DNA of 42,713 nucleotides from the IMG/VR virus record IMGVR_UViG_3300045988_116821; one strand, written 5' to 3'. The notes beneath the pieces are model-generated. The model was not told where the DNA came from and searched no databases. It worked only from the letters and a program-made list of their open reading frames with translations. Positions 1 to 8,111 of this stretch are shown here, piece by piece. The translations under genes were made by a program, and so were the position numbers. Within the stretch, counting starts at the first letter, position 1. Each line of letters starts with the position of its first letter. The stretch is from a virus.

Positions 1-55
1 GTAACGGAGCCGCGCTGGTATCCAGCCTCACGGTCATAGTCGCCCATTCCCTGAA
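1..55. repeat. 55-bp exact terminal duplication, identical to 42659..42713 (circular closure overlap)
   Basis: Direct comparison of window start and end; every base identical. Confidence 0.95.
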
Positions 56-206
56 CGCTCATTTTCGGGATCTTTACTTCAGATCCACCGTTATAGATCA
101 CCTGGCCGGCATTGGCATCCATCCAGCCGGTGGTTGCTTCCTGAACAGCGATCTTATCAAGCTGTGTCATAAATAAGGTTGCTGTTGCTAAAGTATTGAT
201 TGCCAT
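1..206 (-). CDS. Major capsid protein, N-terminal part; the gene wraps the circular junction and continues in 41932..42658
   Basis: ATG at 206 with SD AAAGGAGAG; frame runs off position 1 and is in frame with ORF 41932..42705 through the 55-bp overlap (206-47=159 nt); combined 310 aa; lies directly after the scaffold gene. Confidence 0.85.
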   Translation of the reverse strand, partial: MAINTLATATLFMTQLDKIAVQEATTGWMDANAGQVIYNGGSEVKIPKMSVQGMGDYDREAGYQRGSV

Positions 207-223
207 TGTTTATTCACTCTCCT

Positions 224-856
224 TTAAAAAATACCCATCATCGCATTGTATACCTGCTTTTCAAGGGCTTCCTGTGTGTTTGTTTCTGGTGCTTTTTTCG
301 GAGGCTTGCCGCCTTTCAGCTTCTCATCGACTGCTTTCTCAACTGCAGTCTGGAACGCTTTTTTGACGGTTTCCATGGATTTCTTGCAGGCATCTGCATC
401 TGTATAATTCAGTACTTCTGCAAGCTCTACCGGAAGTCCTTCGTCTGACAGGTTGTTCTTTGCTTCTGCCATGAGCTCACTTCTGGTTACTGCTGCCTCC
501 CTGTCGGAAAGTTCCTTTTCTTTTTTATTCTGCATGTACTGCGCTTTTTCTTCCTTGGTCATCTTGGCCAGCTTCTCAGCTTCGGAAAGCTTATCATCCG
601 TCAGTGCCTGCCACTTCTCCTGTGCGTTTGTCACTGCCGTATTGACTGCCTTCTGGACACGTCTGTCAAATTCTGCCTGATTACTGCCTGTTTTCAGGAA
701 GTCATCAAAAGATGGAGGATTATCTCCTTCGCCGCCCGTACCTTCTCCGGATCCGCCGCCATTGCCCTCACCGGCCCCAGCACCGTCTCCGCCTTCTGCG
801 AATAACTGCAGGTTCATTGGAACTTTACACATTGCTTTGAATACTCTGTTTCTCAT
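224..856 (-). CDS. Capsid scaffolding protein
   Basis: MNLQLFAEGG motif near the N-terminus, Gly-rich linker, charged coiled-coil body; immediately upstream of the capsid gene. Start could be 856 or the internal ATG at 817. Confidence 0.85.
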   Translation of the reverse strand: MRNRVFKAMCKVPMNLQLFAEGGDGAGAGEGNGGGSGEGTGGEGDNPPSFDDFLKTGSNQAEFDRRVQKAVNTAVTNAQEKWQALTDDKLSEAEKLAKMTKEEKAQYMQNKKEKELSDREAAVTRSELMAEAKNNLSDEGLPVELAEVLNYTDADACKKSMETVKKAFQTAVEKAVDEKLKGGKPPKKAPETNTQEALEKQVYNAMMGIF

Positions 857-944
857 ATCTTTTCCTTTCTGCCCAGCCTATTCGTTCTCACGCCCGGGCC
901 ATTCAGTTTTTGGAATCTGCTTCTTTAACGCCTAGCGGAAAAAG

Positions 945-976
945 GCATAAAAAATAAGACGCTTCACCCTGCGTCT
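945..976 (-). terminator. Intrinsic terminator after the 54-aa gene
   Basis: Minus strand AGACGC-AGGGTGAA-GCGTCT followed by TATTTTTTAT. Confidence 0.7.
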
Positions 977-998
977 CACCGGGAGATAATTGGATTAC

Positions 999-1163
999 CT
1001 ATTCCTTCCCTTTGGCTGCTGCCTTTGCTTCTCTTACTGCCTCTGCAACACCCTCGCCGATCAGATGTTCCCCTCTGTTTTCTGTTACTTCCAGAACAGT
1101 TCCCTTCTCGACGATTTCTTTCAAGCAGATGTCGCTGTATCTTTTGATGCATTTTACTTTCAT
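999..1163 (-). CDS. Hypothetical small protein (54 aa)
   Basis: ATG 1163 with SD GGAGGGGAGGTG; the longer track ORF starts upstream inside a palindrome. Confidence 0.6.
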   Translation of the reverse strand: MKVKCIKRYSDICLKEIVEKGTVLEVTENRGEHLIGEGVAEAVREAKAAAKGKE

Positions 1164-1182
1164 TCTCTTCACCTCCCCTCCG

Positions 1183-1198
1183 TTGCGCCGGCGCAATT
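1183..1198. repeat. GC-rich palindrome copy A (TTGCGCCGGCGCAA, shared 16-mer TTGCGCCGGCGCAATT)
   Basis: Same 16-mer at 28110..28125; lies between the stop of gene 1197..1460 and the SD of gene 999..1163. Confidence 0.9.
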
Positions 1199-1460
1199 AC
1201 AGTTTAAAGCACATGTTCTGAAACTTCTTATAAGCATCAAGGTATAACTCGTGCTTATCTCCGTTATATGTCAGCTCATAATACATTCCATCCGGCACAG
1301 TCGTGCTCAGAAGTGCTTTACTGTTCTGTAATGTCTTACAACTCCATACCACGTACACATCCTGTACTGTGATCTGCTTTCCATCGGTCTTATCCATATG
1401 GGAGTTTGTATATTCAGCTACTTTCGCCTTACAAAGCCTTAAAAATTCTTCGTTTTTCAT
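1197..1460 (-). CDS. Hypothetical protein (87 aa)
   Basis: Compact ORF tightly packed between neighbours; no motif recognised. Confidence 0.65.
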   Translation of the reverse strand: MKNEEFLRLCKAKVAEYTNSHMDKTDGKQITVQDVYVVWSCKTLQNSKALLSTTVPDGMYYELTYNGDKHELYLDAYKKFQNMCFKL

Positions 1461-1463
1461 TCT

Positions 1464-1961
1464 CTACTCCTCCGCAAAAATCCAGTCTTCCGCAAGCATA
1501 TCTGCCTGAGATGCAAGCCATCCCATCTGCACACCAGATGTTCCTACAAAAGCCACTGCCATGTTGCCAATAGCATTGTGCTCACAGTTTACAACTTCGC
1601 CATCTGCTGCCTTATAAGAAATCCCAGTTGCAAGCTGAATGTACTGTTTTTTACCATTCCATCCTTTACGAGCTACTTTGGACCCTCTTTTCAGGTACTT
1701 GATAGCTTCCCCGAAAGAAAATGTTGCTTCTCCGCCCAACTGCGGACAGTTTACTTCATCTGCAATGATCCATTCATCAGAAAGAATATTCTGAAGCGTA
1801 TATACAACGCTCTGGGTTTCCCGGATATCCAGTTCCTGTCCATCTTTTGTGTGCATGATGATTGTTTCTTTCTCTGGACTCCAATACCAATATCCTCCCC
1901 AGGACGGTAATTTTGCTTTACTTCCTGCTTTCATTGCCTTTAATGCTTCTTCAAACTTCAT
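1464..1961 (-). CDS. Tandem DUF2829-like protein (Tad2-like candidate)
   Basis: ATG 1961 with SD AGAGAGG. Two DUF2829-type halves: MKFEEALKAMKAGSK...ILSDEWII and FSFGEAIKYLKRGSKVARKGWNGKKQYIQL...QADMLAEDWIF. Confidence 0.7.
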   Translation of the reverse strand: MKFEEALKAMKAGSKAKLPSWGGYWYWSPEKETIIMHTKDGQELDIRETQSVVYTLQNILSDEWIIADEVNCPQLGGEATFSFGEAIKYLKRGSKVARKGWNGKKQYIQLATGISYKAADGEVVNCEHNAIGNMAVAFVGTSGVQMGWLASQADMLAEDWIFAEE

Positions 1962-2025
1962 TTCTGATCCTCTCTTTCTTAAAAATGGGTATAAAAAGAC
2001 CACCGGCCATTTCTGACTGGTGGTA

Positions 2026-2283
2026 TCAGTTGGTCTGATAATAAATATCATCCCTTATTGATTCAAGCATATATGTTTTCGCTGATGGCTCATAATTTGC
2101 GTCCATCCAATATACCGACTCATCTTCCACAAAAAGCATAAAATCAATTTTGGTATCCACATCTACTTCAAATACTCCATTATTTTCACAATTCAGTACT
2201 CTCTGAACCAGCTCATTGTCAGGATACATTTCTTTAAGAAATTCGATCTGCTCTTTTTTTAGTTCAAATCTTCGCATTTCCAT
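2026..2283 (-). CDS. Small acidic protein overlapping the MuF 3' end (candidate immunity/partner protein)
   Basis: 85-aa ORF; 20-nt overlap with the stop region of the MuF gene; D/E-rich. Confidence 0.6.
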   Translation of the reverse strand: MEMRRFELKKEQIEFLKEMYPDNELVQRVLNCENNGVFEVDVDTKIDFMLFVEDESVYWMDANYEPSAKTYMLESIRDDIYYQTN

Positions 2284-3856
2284 TTGCTATTCTCCTTACA
2301 TAGTCTGCATCTGTTGGATTGCATTGAATCAGAATCCCCGTCTCAGGATCTAATGAGACTGTTCCATGTCTGCCAATATATTTCTGGCTTTTTCTTGAAT
2401 CAGGATCCGTTCTCGTAGGAAATACTTTCGCCGGATTCTCCAGCGCATCCCGTATTCCTTCCACGGTAACTCCTGATCGTGATCTTCCCGTTTTTGGATC
2501 TTTCATGGTTCCGATTACTCTGTCCATGAAATGTTTACTCTGTCTGGTTACTGCTGTTCCCTCAGAAGTCTTTATACCAACAACTTTTTCATTGATTTCA
2601 TCATAAATCTTCTGATAATTCTCGAATCCAGATAACGGAGATATCGTGCCTTTATCTACAGAACGTGCATAAGTCCTGAGCAGTTCCCACTTCTCAGGTT
2701 CATTATACTTCATTTCCTGGAAGTCTGCAAAATGTTTCGGCATGTCTTTTCCAAGAAGTTCCCGATACCGCTCATACTGCTTCCGGTCTGACGAAGCGTT
2801 CTTGACTGCTTTCTCCTGGGCTTCTGCTTTTAGATTTCCTTTGACGTATTTCTCATACCACTGTTCATAGGTCATATCCGCAGGAACCATCTCTGTACGC
2901 CCTGTTTCCGGGTTGTAAGCACTTCTTTTCATGTTCCTGAGGATTTTATCATCTATGACAGAAATCGTTGTAGAGCGGCAATATGGATGCATGGGAGGAT
3001 AGTTCACTCCGGCTTTCCGGTCTTTCACCGAAAAAACCTTTCCATCCAGTTCCCGACAGATCTCACTGGTACGAAGATCCAGCACTGCCACATAGCGATA
3101 ATTCTTGATCCCGCAGTCAATATAACTCTGTGCAGTCAATTCTCCTGCCATGTAACAGGATTCTGTTCTTACCAATCGCCTGGCCTGCTTTGCTCCCCCT
3201 CCGCACTGGGCCTGGATGGATTCCGCTGTTTCCCGGTCTGTCCGGCCGGTAAGGAGGCTGATCAGCAATTCATCCTTCAAGGAATCTGCAAGCTGCTGTG
3301 TGTTCTGCCAGATACGGTCTGAAAAATGTTTTCCGGACCATTTCATCTGCAGAGCCTGGTCGATCTGTTTCCTGCTTACATGAGAAAAACTGAATGCCAG
3401 GCCGGTTTCTTTCTGCATATTGTAGATGGAATGATAATAGGCTTTTTCTCCAAGCTGTTCCAGAAGTCTGGTATCGAACTGCTTCTCCTGCTGATATACC
3501 TGCTGCATCACTGCATCTACCTGTGTCATAAGATCCTGCAGGCGTTCCATTCTTGCACGGTACGCCGGAGCTTCCAGTTGTTTCAGAATCTCACTGTCCT
3601 TTTTCCTGTTCTGGAGTTCCTGTTTCAGCTGATCAATGGAGTTTTTATCCTGTATGGAATTTATAATCTGCCAGGCTTCTGTTTCTGACAGACCATATTT
3701 TGTCATGAACTTCTCAAAGATATCTCTTGCGGCATATTCCAGCTGGAGAGAGGCTTTCCGGTATACTCTGGCAATGAGATCTGCTGTCTCTTCTGCATCC
3801 TCCATAAACTGATACATATCCCAGGCAGATCTCTGCTCCCAGTATTTCCTACTCAT
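2264..3856 (-). CDS. Head morphogenesis protein, MuF / SPP1 gp7 family, with a ~230-aa C-terminal extension
   Basis: RTSEICRELDGKVF...NYPPMHPYCRSTT motif at aa 262-296; follows the portal gene; 530 aa total. Confidence 0.85.
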   Translation of the reverse strand: MSRKYWEQRSAWDMYQFMEDAEETADLIARVYRKASLQLEYAARDIFEKFMTKYGLSETEAWQIINSIQDKNSIDQLKQELQNRKKDSEILKQLEAPAYRARMERLQDLMTQVDAVMQQVYQQEKQFDTRLLEQLGEKAYYHSIYNMQKETGLAFSFSHVSRKQIDQALQMKWSGKHFSDRIWQNTQQLADSLKDELLISLLTGRTDRETAESIQAQCGGGAKQARRLVRTESCYMAGELTAQSYIDCGIKNYRYVAVLDLRTSEICRELDGKVFSVKDRKAGVNYPPMHPYCRSTTISVIDDKILRNMKRSAYNPETGRTEMVPADMTYEQWYEKYVKGNLKAEAQEKAVKNASSDRKQYERYRELLGKDMPKHFADFQEMKYNEPEKWELLRTYARSVDKGTISPLSGFENYQKIYDEINEKVVGIKTSEGTAVTRQSKHFMDRVIGTMKDPKTGRSRSGVTVEGIRDALENPAKVFPTRTDPDSRKSQKYIGRHGTVSLDPETGILIQCNPTDADYVRRIANGNAKI

Positions 3857-5315
3857 CTACTTTTTCCTTATCATCGGAATCCTGCTCCGGTGGCGTATTG
3901 TCCTGCAGTCCAAAGACTTCCCGCTGCCGCTTCAGATTCTCTTCTTCCTCTGTTTCCAGGGCTTTCAGTTCCTCATCCACATCATCCACAAACGGGACCT
4001 GGGAAAGCAAGGTCTTACGGCTTACCTTTCCCCACAGATTTGCCACGATCTGGGATATCTCTAGGAGATTTTTCGGCAATGCTCTGGTAAACGTCATCGT
4101 GATCCCGGATGGATCGATGCTGATCCCATGCAAAGCCAGATAGTTACAGAATATCCGAACTCGTTTTCTCAGACCTTTTTTATAATATCTGGTCTTAATC
4201 TTTGTGATGTTTTCCATGCCCAGGAGCTTAAATTCCATAGCCACACCACTGACGTTCCCTCCGAAGCTTTCATCTGACATACAGGGAATGTGGGAAAACT
4301 TATGGATATCCTGCTCAATGGCTTTCTTAAGAATCTCCACACCGCTTTCATCAAAAGTCCTGGTCAGATATTCTGCTTTGGCTGTGTCCGGCATCTCAAG
4401 AACCTTGTACTTTTTAAGACGGGCTTTGGCCTTTCGGATGCTCTCGTCTCCATCCTCAGTGTTCGGTTCGTCCTCATCGGTCAGCAATGTTCCATAGATG
4501 GCCAGGATCGCATCAATAAACTGCTCCTTATCGGTCACACGATCGCTCATCAGCGCATTGTATGCATCGATCAGTGGGATCTGCAGTTCAAAATCTCCGA
4601 TGGCCAGTTTATTGTTCAGGTATTCAATGATCGGGATCTCACCAAGATAATGGGGCACCGCCGGCTCTGTGGTTGCCTGGATCGTATTGCTGTTCTCAAT
4701 GTCCAGCTCGTACTTATAGTTTGTGGTCACTACTGTGGCCATATAGTGGTCCGGAAGCTTCTCAGAATCATCTTTCCGGATATAATAATAGACAGCAAAG
4801 AGTTCGTTTTCCTCTATGCTGTCGTCTTTTACCATGAAGGTATTCTCCGCAGACAGGTTCTTGGTCTGCAGATTATTCTCGTTTTCCTTCACATAGACAT
4901 ATTCATAGGCCAGGCCGTAGATGGATGCCTCCAGGCCGTTATCCCCGTCTGTCTCATCCGCTCCGGCCACCTCCAGTGCGTCTGTGAGGACCTTGATGTC
5001 TCCCTCTGATTTGTACGTCACCGGATTGCCGATGAAATAGCTGCTGGCTGTATCAGAGATGTCTTTTGCATGATTGCACACCAGGCGGTTTTCCCGTTTG
5101 GTTTCATCCAGGATCTTGTGCTTTCCTTCATAGTAGGACATATTCTTCTTCAGCCGATCCACCATGCTGATGTGTTTGCTGATCAGCTGGCGGAGTATCT
5201 GTTTGTCTGGGTTTAACTCGTCAAAGCTTTCTCTCGGTATTGTAAATGTGTATATTTTTCTCACCTCCTTATCTCTCGGAAACGTGCTGCTTTTCTGCCG
5301 ATTATGGTGCTGCAT
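3849..5315 (-). CDS. Portal protein
   Basis: 488-aa ORF directly downstream of terL, acidic C-terminus, SPP1 gp6-like size and position. Start uncertain (ATG 5315 overlaps the terL end by 54 nt). Confidence 0.85.
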   Translation of the reverse strand: MQHHNRQKSSTFPRDKEVRKIYTFTIPRESFDELNPDKQILRQLISKHISMVDRLKKNMSYYEGKHKILDETKRENRLVCNHAKDISDTASSYFIGNPVTYKSEGDIKVLTDALEVAGADETDGDNGLEASIYGLAYEYVYVKENENNLQTKNLSAENTFMVKDDSIEENELFAVYYYIRKDDSEKLPDHYMATVVTTNYKYELDIENSNTIQATTEPAVPHYLGEIPIIEYLNNKLAIGDFELQIPLIDAYNALMSDRVTDKEQFIDAILAIYGTLLTDEDEPNTEDGDESIRKAKARLKKYKVLEMPDTAKAEYLTRTFDESGVEILKKAIEQDIHKFSHIPCMSDESFGGNVSGVAMEFKLLGMENITKIKTRYYKKGLRKRVRIFCNYLALHGISIDPSGITMTFTRALPKNLLEISQIVANLWGKVSRKTLLSQVPFVDDVDEELKALETEEEENLKRQREVFGLQDNTPPEQDSDDKEKVDE

Positions 5316-6709
5316 AGGTACCTCACAGCGTCACAACAATGATCGAATTGTTTCACCGGTTTGTCTTCTCCTCTTTCCAGGGCTTTCTCATCCCAGATGT
5401 AAGAAGCAAATTCTTTTATGGTTTCTTTACAGGAAGAAGCAAAGACAATCTTCTCCAGGTTCAGAAGCATTCCAACCAGCCGGATTCCATCCAGAACATC
5501 ATTGTTGGCTTTCAGGACCTTATATCCCCGTTTCCGGAGTTCTGCAATAAAAGAAGCGGCCGATGGATCCACGATGATTGCTTTGATCTTGGTTCCATCC
5601 AGCCACACTTTCAGGTCATCTGCATATTCTGAATCTGTTTTCTGTTTACCTTTATCTCTTCCGGAATAGTAATACTCCCGGATGCAGTACCATTTCCCGT
5701 TGGTTCCTTTATTCCACAACAGGAATACTGTAGCGTTCTGTGTACCATAATCGCAGGAAACATACCGGTTCCCATTGATCAGCAGCTGATAGAAATCTTT
5801 GATATCCTGGACATGTTTGTTCTCGTCGAACATGTCGTAGATGATTCCCTCTGCTGCCGCCCAAAGCCCCATGATGTAACGTTTAAAGAATACTCCAACG
5901 TACATGCTCCTGTATCTGGCCTTGATCTCTTCATCCAGGGACAGGTTATCGTCCATAGTAAAGTGGAGATACAGGATATCTTTCAGACCAGGATCTTTCC
6001 CCTCCGCGGCCGCTTGCTGCATCCTCCGGGCAGTTTCTTCTTTTCCCAGATATCCGGTGGATTTATCTATCCAGTTCTGTTTAAACCAGTGATATGGACC
6101 ATCCGGATTGCAGTTAAACCAGAACTTTGAGCCTTTTACAGAGCATCGGCCTGTTGCCTGGTTCACAAAGGATTCCGGCATCAGGGCAACTTCGTCAAAG
6201 AACACTCCTGCCAAGGTAATTCCCTGGATAAGATCCTGAGATCTTTCATCCTTACCACCGAATATGTAGAAGTAGTTTTCTTTTCCGTCTTTTCGGATAG
6301 TTAGAAGGTTGTCTGCCCTGTGATCCGTGATGGAATATCCTCTTGACCGGAGCATCAGTTTCAACCAGAACAGAACATTTCTCCGGAAGGATCCTATGGT
6401 CTTTCCGCACATGGCAAAGTTCTGGCCAGTGAAGGTACTCATGGCCCACATAACGAATGATAAAGACATGCTGATTGTTTTTCCTGATCGAATTGCTCCA
6501 TCAGCGATAACTCCGTCCATATCGTGAACCGGGGATTCTTTGCACCACCAGGTCAGGACCTGTTTCTGTTTTCTTGAGAACGGAGAAAAATGAAACGTCT
6601 GGCCTATCTGCCTGTTGGCTCTGTTGGTTTTCATCTTCTGCAGCTTATCTTTCAGAGTTTTGAGTTTTTCATACATTCTCGTCACCCCAGACATCCTGCG
6701 CTGTTGCAT
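5261..6709 (-). CDS. terL: Terminase large subunit (PBSX/Terminase_3-like, headful type)
   Basis: Walker A GAIRSGKT, 482 aa, between terS and portal. Confidence 0.9.
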   Translation of the reverse strand: MQQRRMSGVTRMYEKLKTLKDKLQKMKTNRANRQIGQTFHFSPFSRKQKQVLTWWCKESPVHDMDGVIADGAIRSGKTISMSLSFVMWAMSTFTGQNFAMCGKTIGSFRRNVLFWLKLMLRSRGYSITDHRADNLLTIRKDGKENYFYIFGGKDERSQDLIQGITLAGVFFDEVALMPESFVNQATGRCSVKGSKFWFNCNPDGPYHWFKQNWIDKSTGYLGKEETARRMQQAAAEGKDPGLKDILYLHFTMDDNLSLDEEIKARYRSMYVGVFFKRYIMGLWAAAEGIIYDMFDENKHVQDIKDFYQLLINGNRYVSCDYGTQNATVFLLWNKGTNGKWYCIREYYYSGRDKGKQKTDSEYADDLKVWLDGTKIKAIIVDPSAASFIAELRKRGYKVLKANNDVLDGIRLVGMLLNLEKIVFASSCKETIKEFASYIWDEKALERGEDKPVKQFDHCCDAVRYLCSTIIGRKAARFREIRR

Positions 6710-7442
6710 TCATTGCCTCCAGGAAACCATCATCGGTAGTCTCTTCTGCCTGGTTATCCTGCTTCAGCATCTCAAATTCAAGCTGCATGGTTGCAAGTTC
6801 CAGTTTTGCATCGTCATAACCAAACTTATGCAGCATCTCGATTGCTTTCTGCTGCCGGGCCTGCACTCTAGTCAGAGCATCCTCTATAGCCTGGATCTGG
6901 CCAAGAATGCCTTCGTACTTTCGAAGTTCTGTTTGTTTTCCTTTTTCAATACCGGAAGCATATTCCGTTACAGACATTCCGCATGGTACCGAATCTTCTT
7001 CAGATCCGGTCTGAACCTCCAGTTCACGGAGAGACTGGATTCTTTTCAGCATCCGGCGTTCTCTGACTGCAAGAAGTTGGATTTCTCTGAGAAGCAGCTG
7101 CTCTTTGTTCGGCTGGATCATCTCTGCCAATGTTCTTTCTTCCGGTTCCAGGGTATCAAAAAAGAGAGTTTCAAACTCTCCTGTCCTGACTGCATTCTTA
7201 TTTCCCGGCGGACCGGTTCCTCCATGCCCCTCCGCATTTTTATTTCCGGGCTGTCCGCCCTTCTTTTTCGCAACGTTGCGTTTATTCTTTTGCAACGTTG
7301 CATCATCCCATTTATATCTATTTTTCCAGCTTCGGATTGTCCCCTCCGGGATTCCGAGCTTCTGAGAAACTTCAATTAATTTCGCTCCAGAAGCATATAT
7401 CTTTCTGGCCTCTTCAATTCTCTGATCTGGTGCTCTTGGCAA
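6669..7442 (-). CDS. terS: Terminase small subunit
   Basis: TTG start with SD GGTGGTGAGG; N-terminal HTH (IEVSQKLGIPEGTIRSWKNRYKWD); repeated GxPGNKNA motif. Confidence 0.8.
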   Translation of the reverse strand: MPRAPDQRIEEARKIYASGAKLIEVSQKLGIPEGTIRSWKNRYKWDDATLQKNKRNVAKKKGGQPGNKNAEGHGGTGPPGNKNAVRTGEFETLFFDTLEPEERTLAEMIQPNKEQLLLREIQLLAVRERRMLKRIQSLRELEVQTGSEEDSVPCGMSVTEYASGIEKGKQTELRKYEGILGQIQAIEDALTRVQARQQKAIEMLHKFGYDDAKLELATMQLEFEMLKQDNQAEETTDDGFLEAMNATAQDVWGDENV

Positions 7443-7623
7443 GCCTCACCACCTCTCATTCGTTTCGTTTTTTATATTTGTAAATTACAGTCCTGCCGGC
7501 ACCATAGTGACAGCCGATTGCTGCCACGCCGAAAGGAGGTGCGCAAACACTTACATACAGTGAATCCATGCGTAAGGTATGTATGTGCTGGTGCCGTGCA
7601 CGCTGTAGGAAAAATTGCATTAG

Positions 7624-7649
7624 AAAAGCACCCCGTAGGGTGCCTTTTT
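7624..7649. terminator. Bidirectional intrinsic terminator
   Basis: AAAA-GCACCC-CGTA-GGGTGC-CTTTTT; ends the 7663..9381 minus-strand unit. Confidence 0.75.
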
Positions 7650-7662
7650 GTATGCATCGTCT

Positions 7663-7896
7663 TTACACACTTAACAACGCTTTTCCTTTTTGCGTCAATT
7701 CAGCTGTTTTTAAAGAAACAACTTCCGGTTCTTGTGTATTTTTGTAATAAAAAACCGTTGCGCCAACAATGAGTCCATCTTTTTGCAATTCGGCTACTGC
7801 AATTTTGTATTTCCCATATATATTATTATATTTGTTATCAACTGCGCTTCCGTCCATCTCATTTAAATCCTTTAAAATCTGTTCTTTTAAATTCAT
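7663..7896 (-). CDS. YjcQ-like winged-helix protein (77 aa)
   Basis: ATG 7896 with SD AGGAGA; ...AELQKDGLIVGATVFYYK...AELTQKGKALL resembles the YjcQ/DUF2513 type. Confidence 0.55.
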   Translation of the reverse strand: MNLKEQILKDLNEMDGSAVDNKYNNIYGKYKIAVAELQKDGLIVGATVFYYKNTQEPEVVSLKTAELTQKGKALLSV

Positions 7897-7921
7897 AAAC
7901 CTATCTCCTATCACATAATAT

Positions 7922-8041
7922 CTAATTTGGTGTTGATCGTCTATGTTCTCTGACTTTTACACCATCACTTCGTGTATATGGTTTTACAACCACGATCTTT
8001 TTATTCTGAGTTCCTCTAACACTGGATTTTGTCTTAGCCAT
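7922..8041 (-). CDS. Micro-ORF, 39-aa basic peptide (MAKTKSSVRGTQNKKIVVVKPYTRSDGVKVREHRRSTPN)
   Basis: Found by hand, below the track cutoff; weak SD (AGGTAG); shares a TR(S/K)DG(V/T)K motif with the next micro-ORF. Confidence 0.4.
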   Translation of the reverse strand: MAKTKSSVRGTQNKKIVVVKPYTRSDGVKVREHRRSTPN

Positions 8042-8111
8042 ATTCTTCTACCTATGCCTTTCTTTTGGGTAGAAGCGTCCAACTGGTAAATACGCCTCTT
8101 TAATTAAAATA

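Noticed and set aside
1-55. Terminal repeat considered as a biological DTR, LTR or mobile-element end
   Set aside because: The repeat cuts through the capsid reading frame, which is restored exactly by circularisation. Its length fits an assembler overlap.
4290-5009. 239-aa plus-strand ORF. Similar long antisense ORFs lie at 6615..7379, 13252..13728, 14990..15550, 36648..37247 and 38253..38837
   Set aside because: All lie inside, and antisense to, strongly supported minus-strand structural, packaging or partition genes. They lack SDs and recognisable motifs.
5261-5315. 54-nt overlap of terL and the portal ORF, considered as recoding
   Set aside because: More likely an over-extended portal start. 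The GTG next to the terL stop sits too close to the SD, so the exact start is left uncertain rather than invoking frameshifting.
7570-7606. Possible fourth copy of the R1-R3 leader hairpin on the minus strand (..CCTACAGCGTGCACGGCACC..)
   Set aside because: It shares only TACAG and a short GTGC/GCAC stem. The flanking CGAGTA box, the spacing to a -10 and the SD distance are not conserved.
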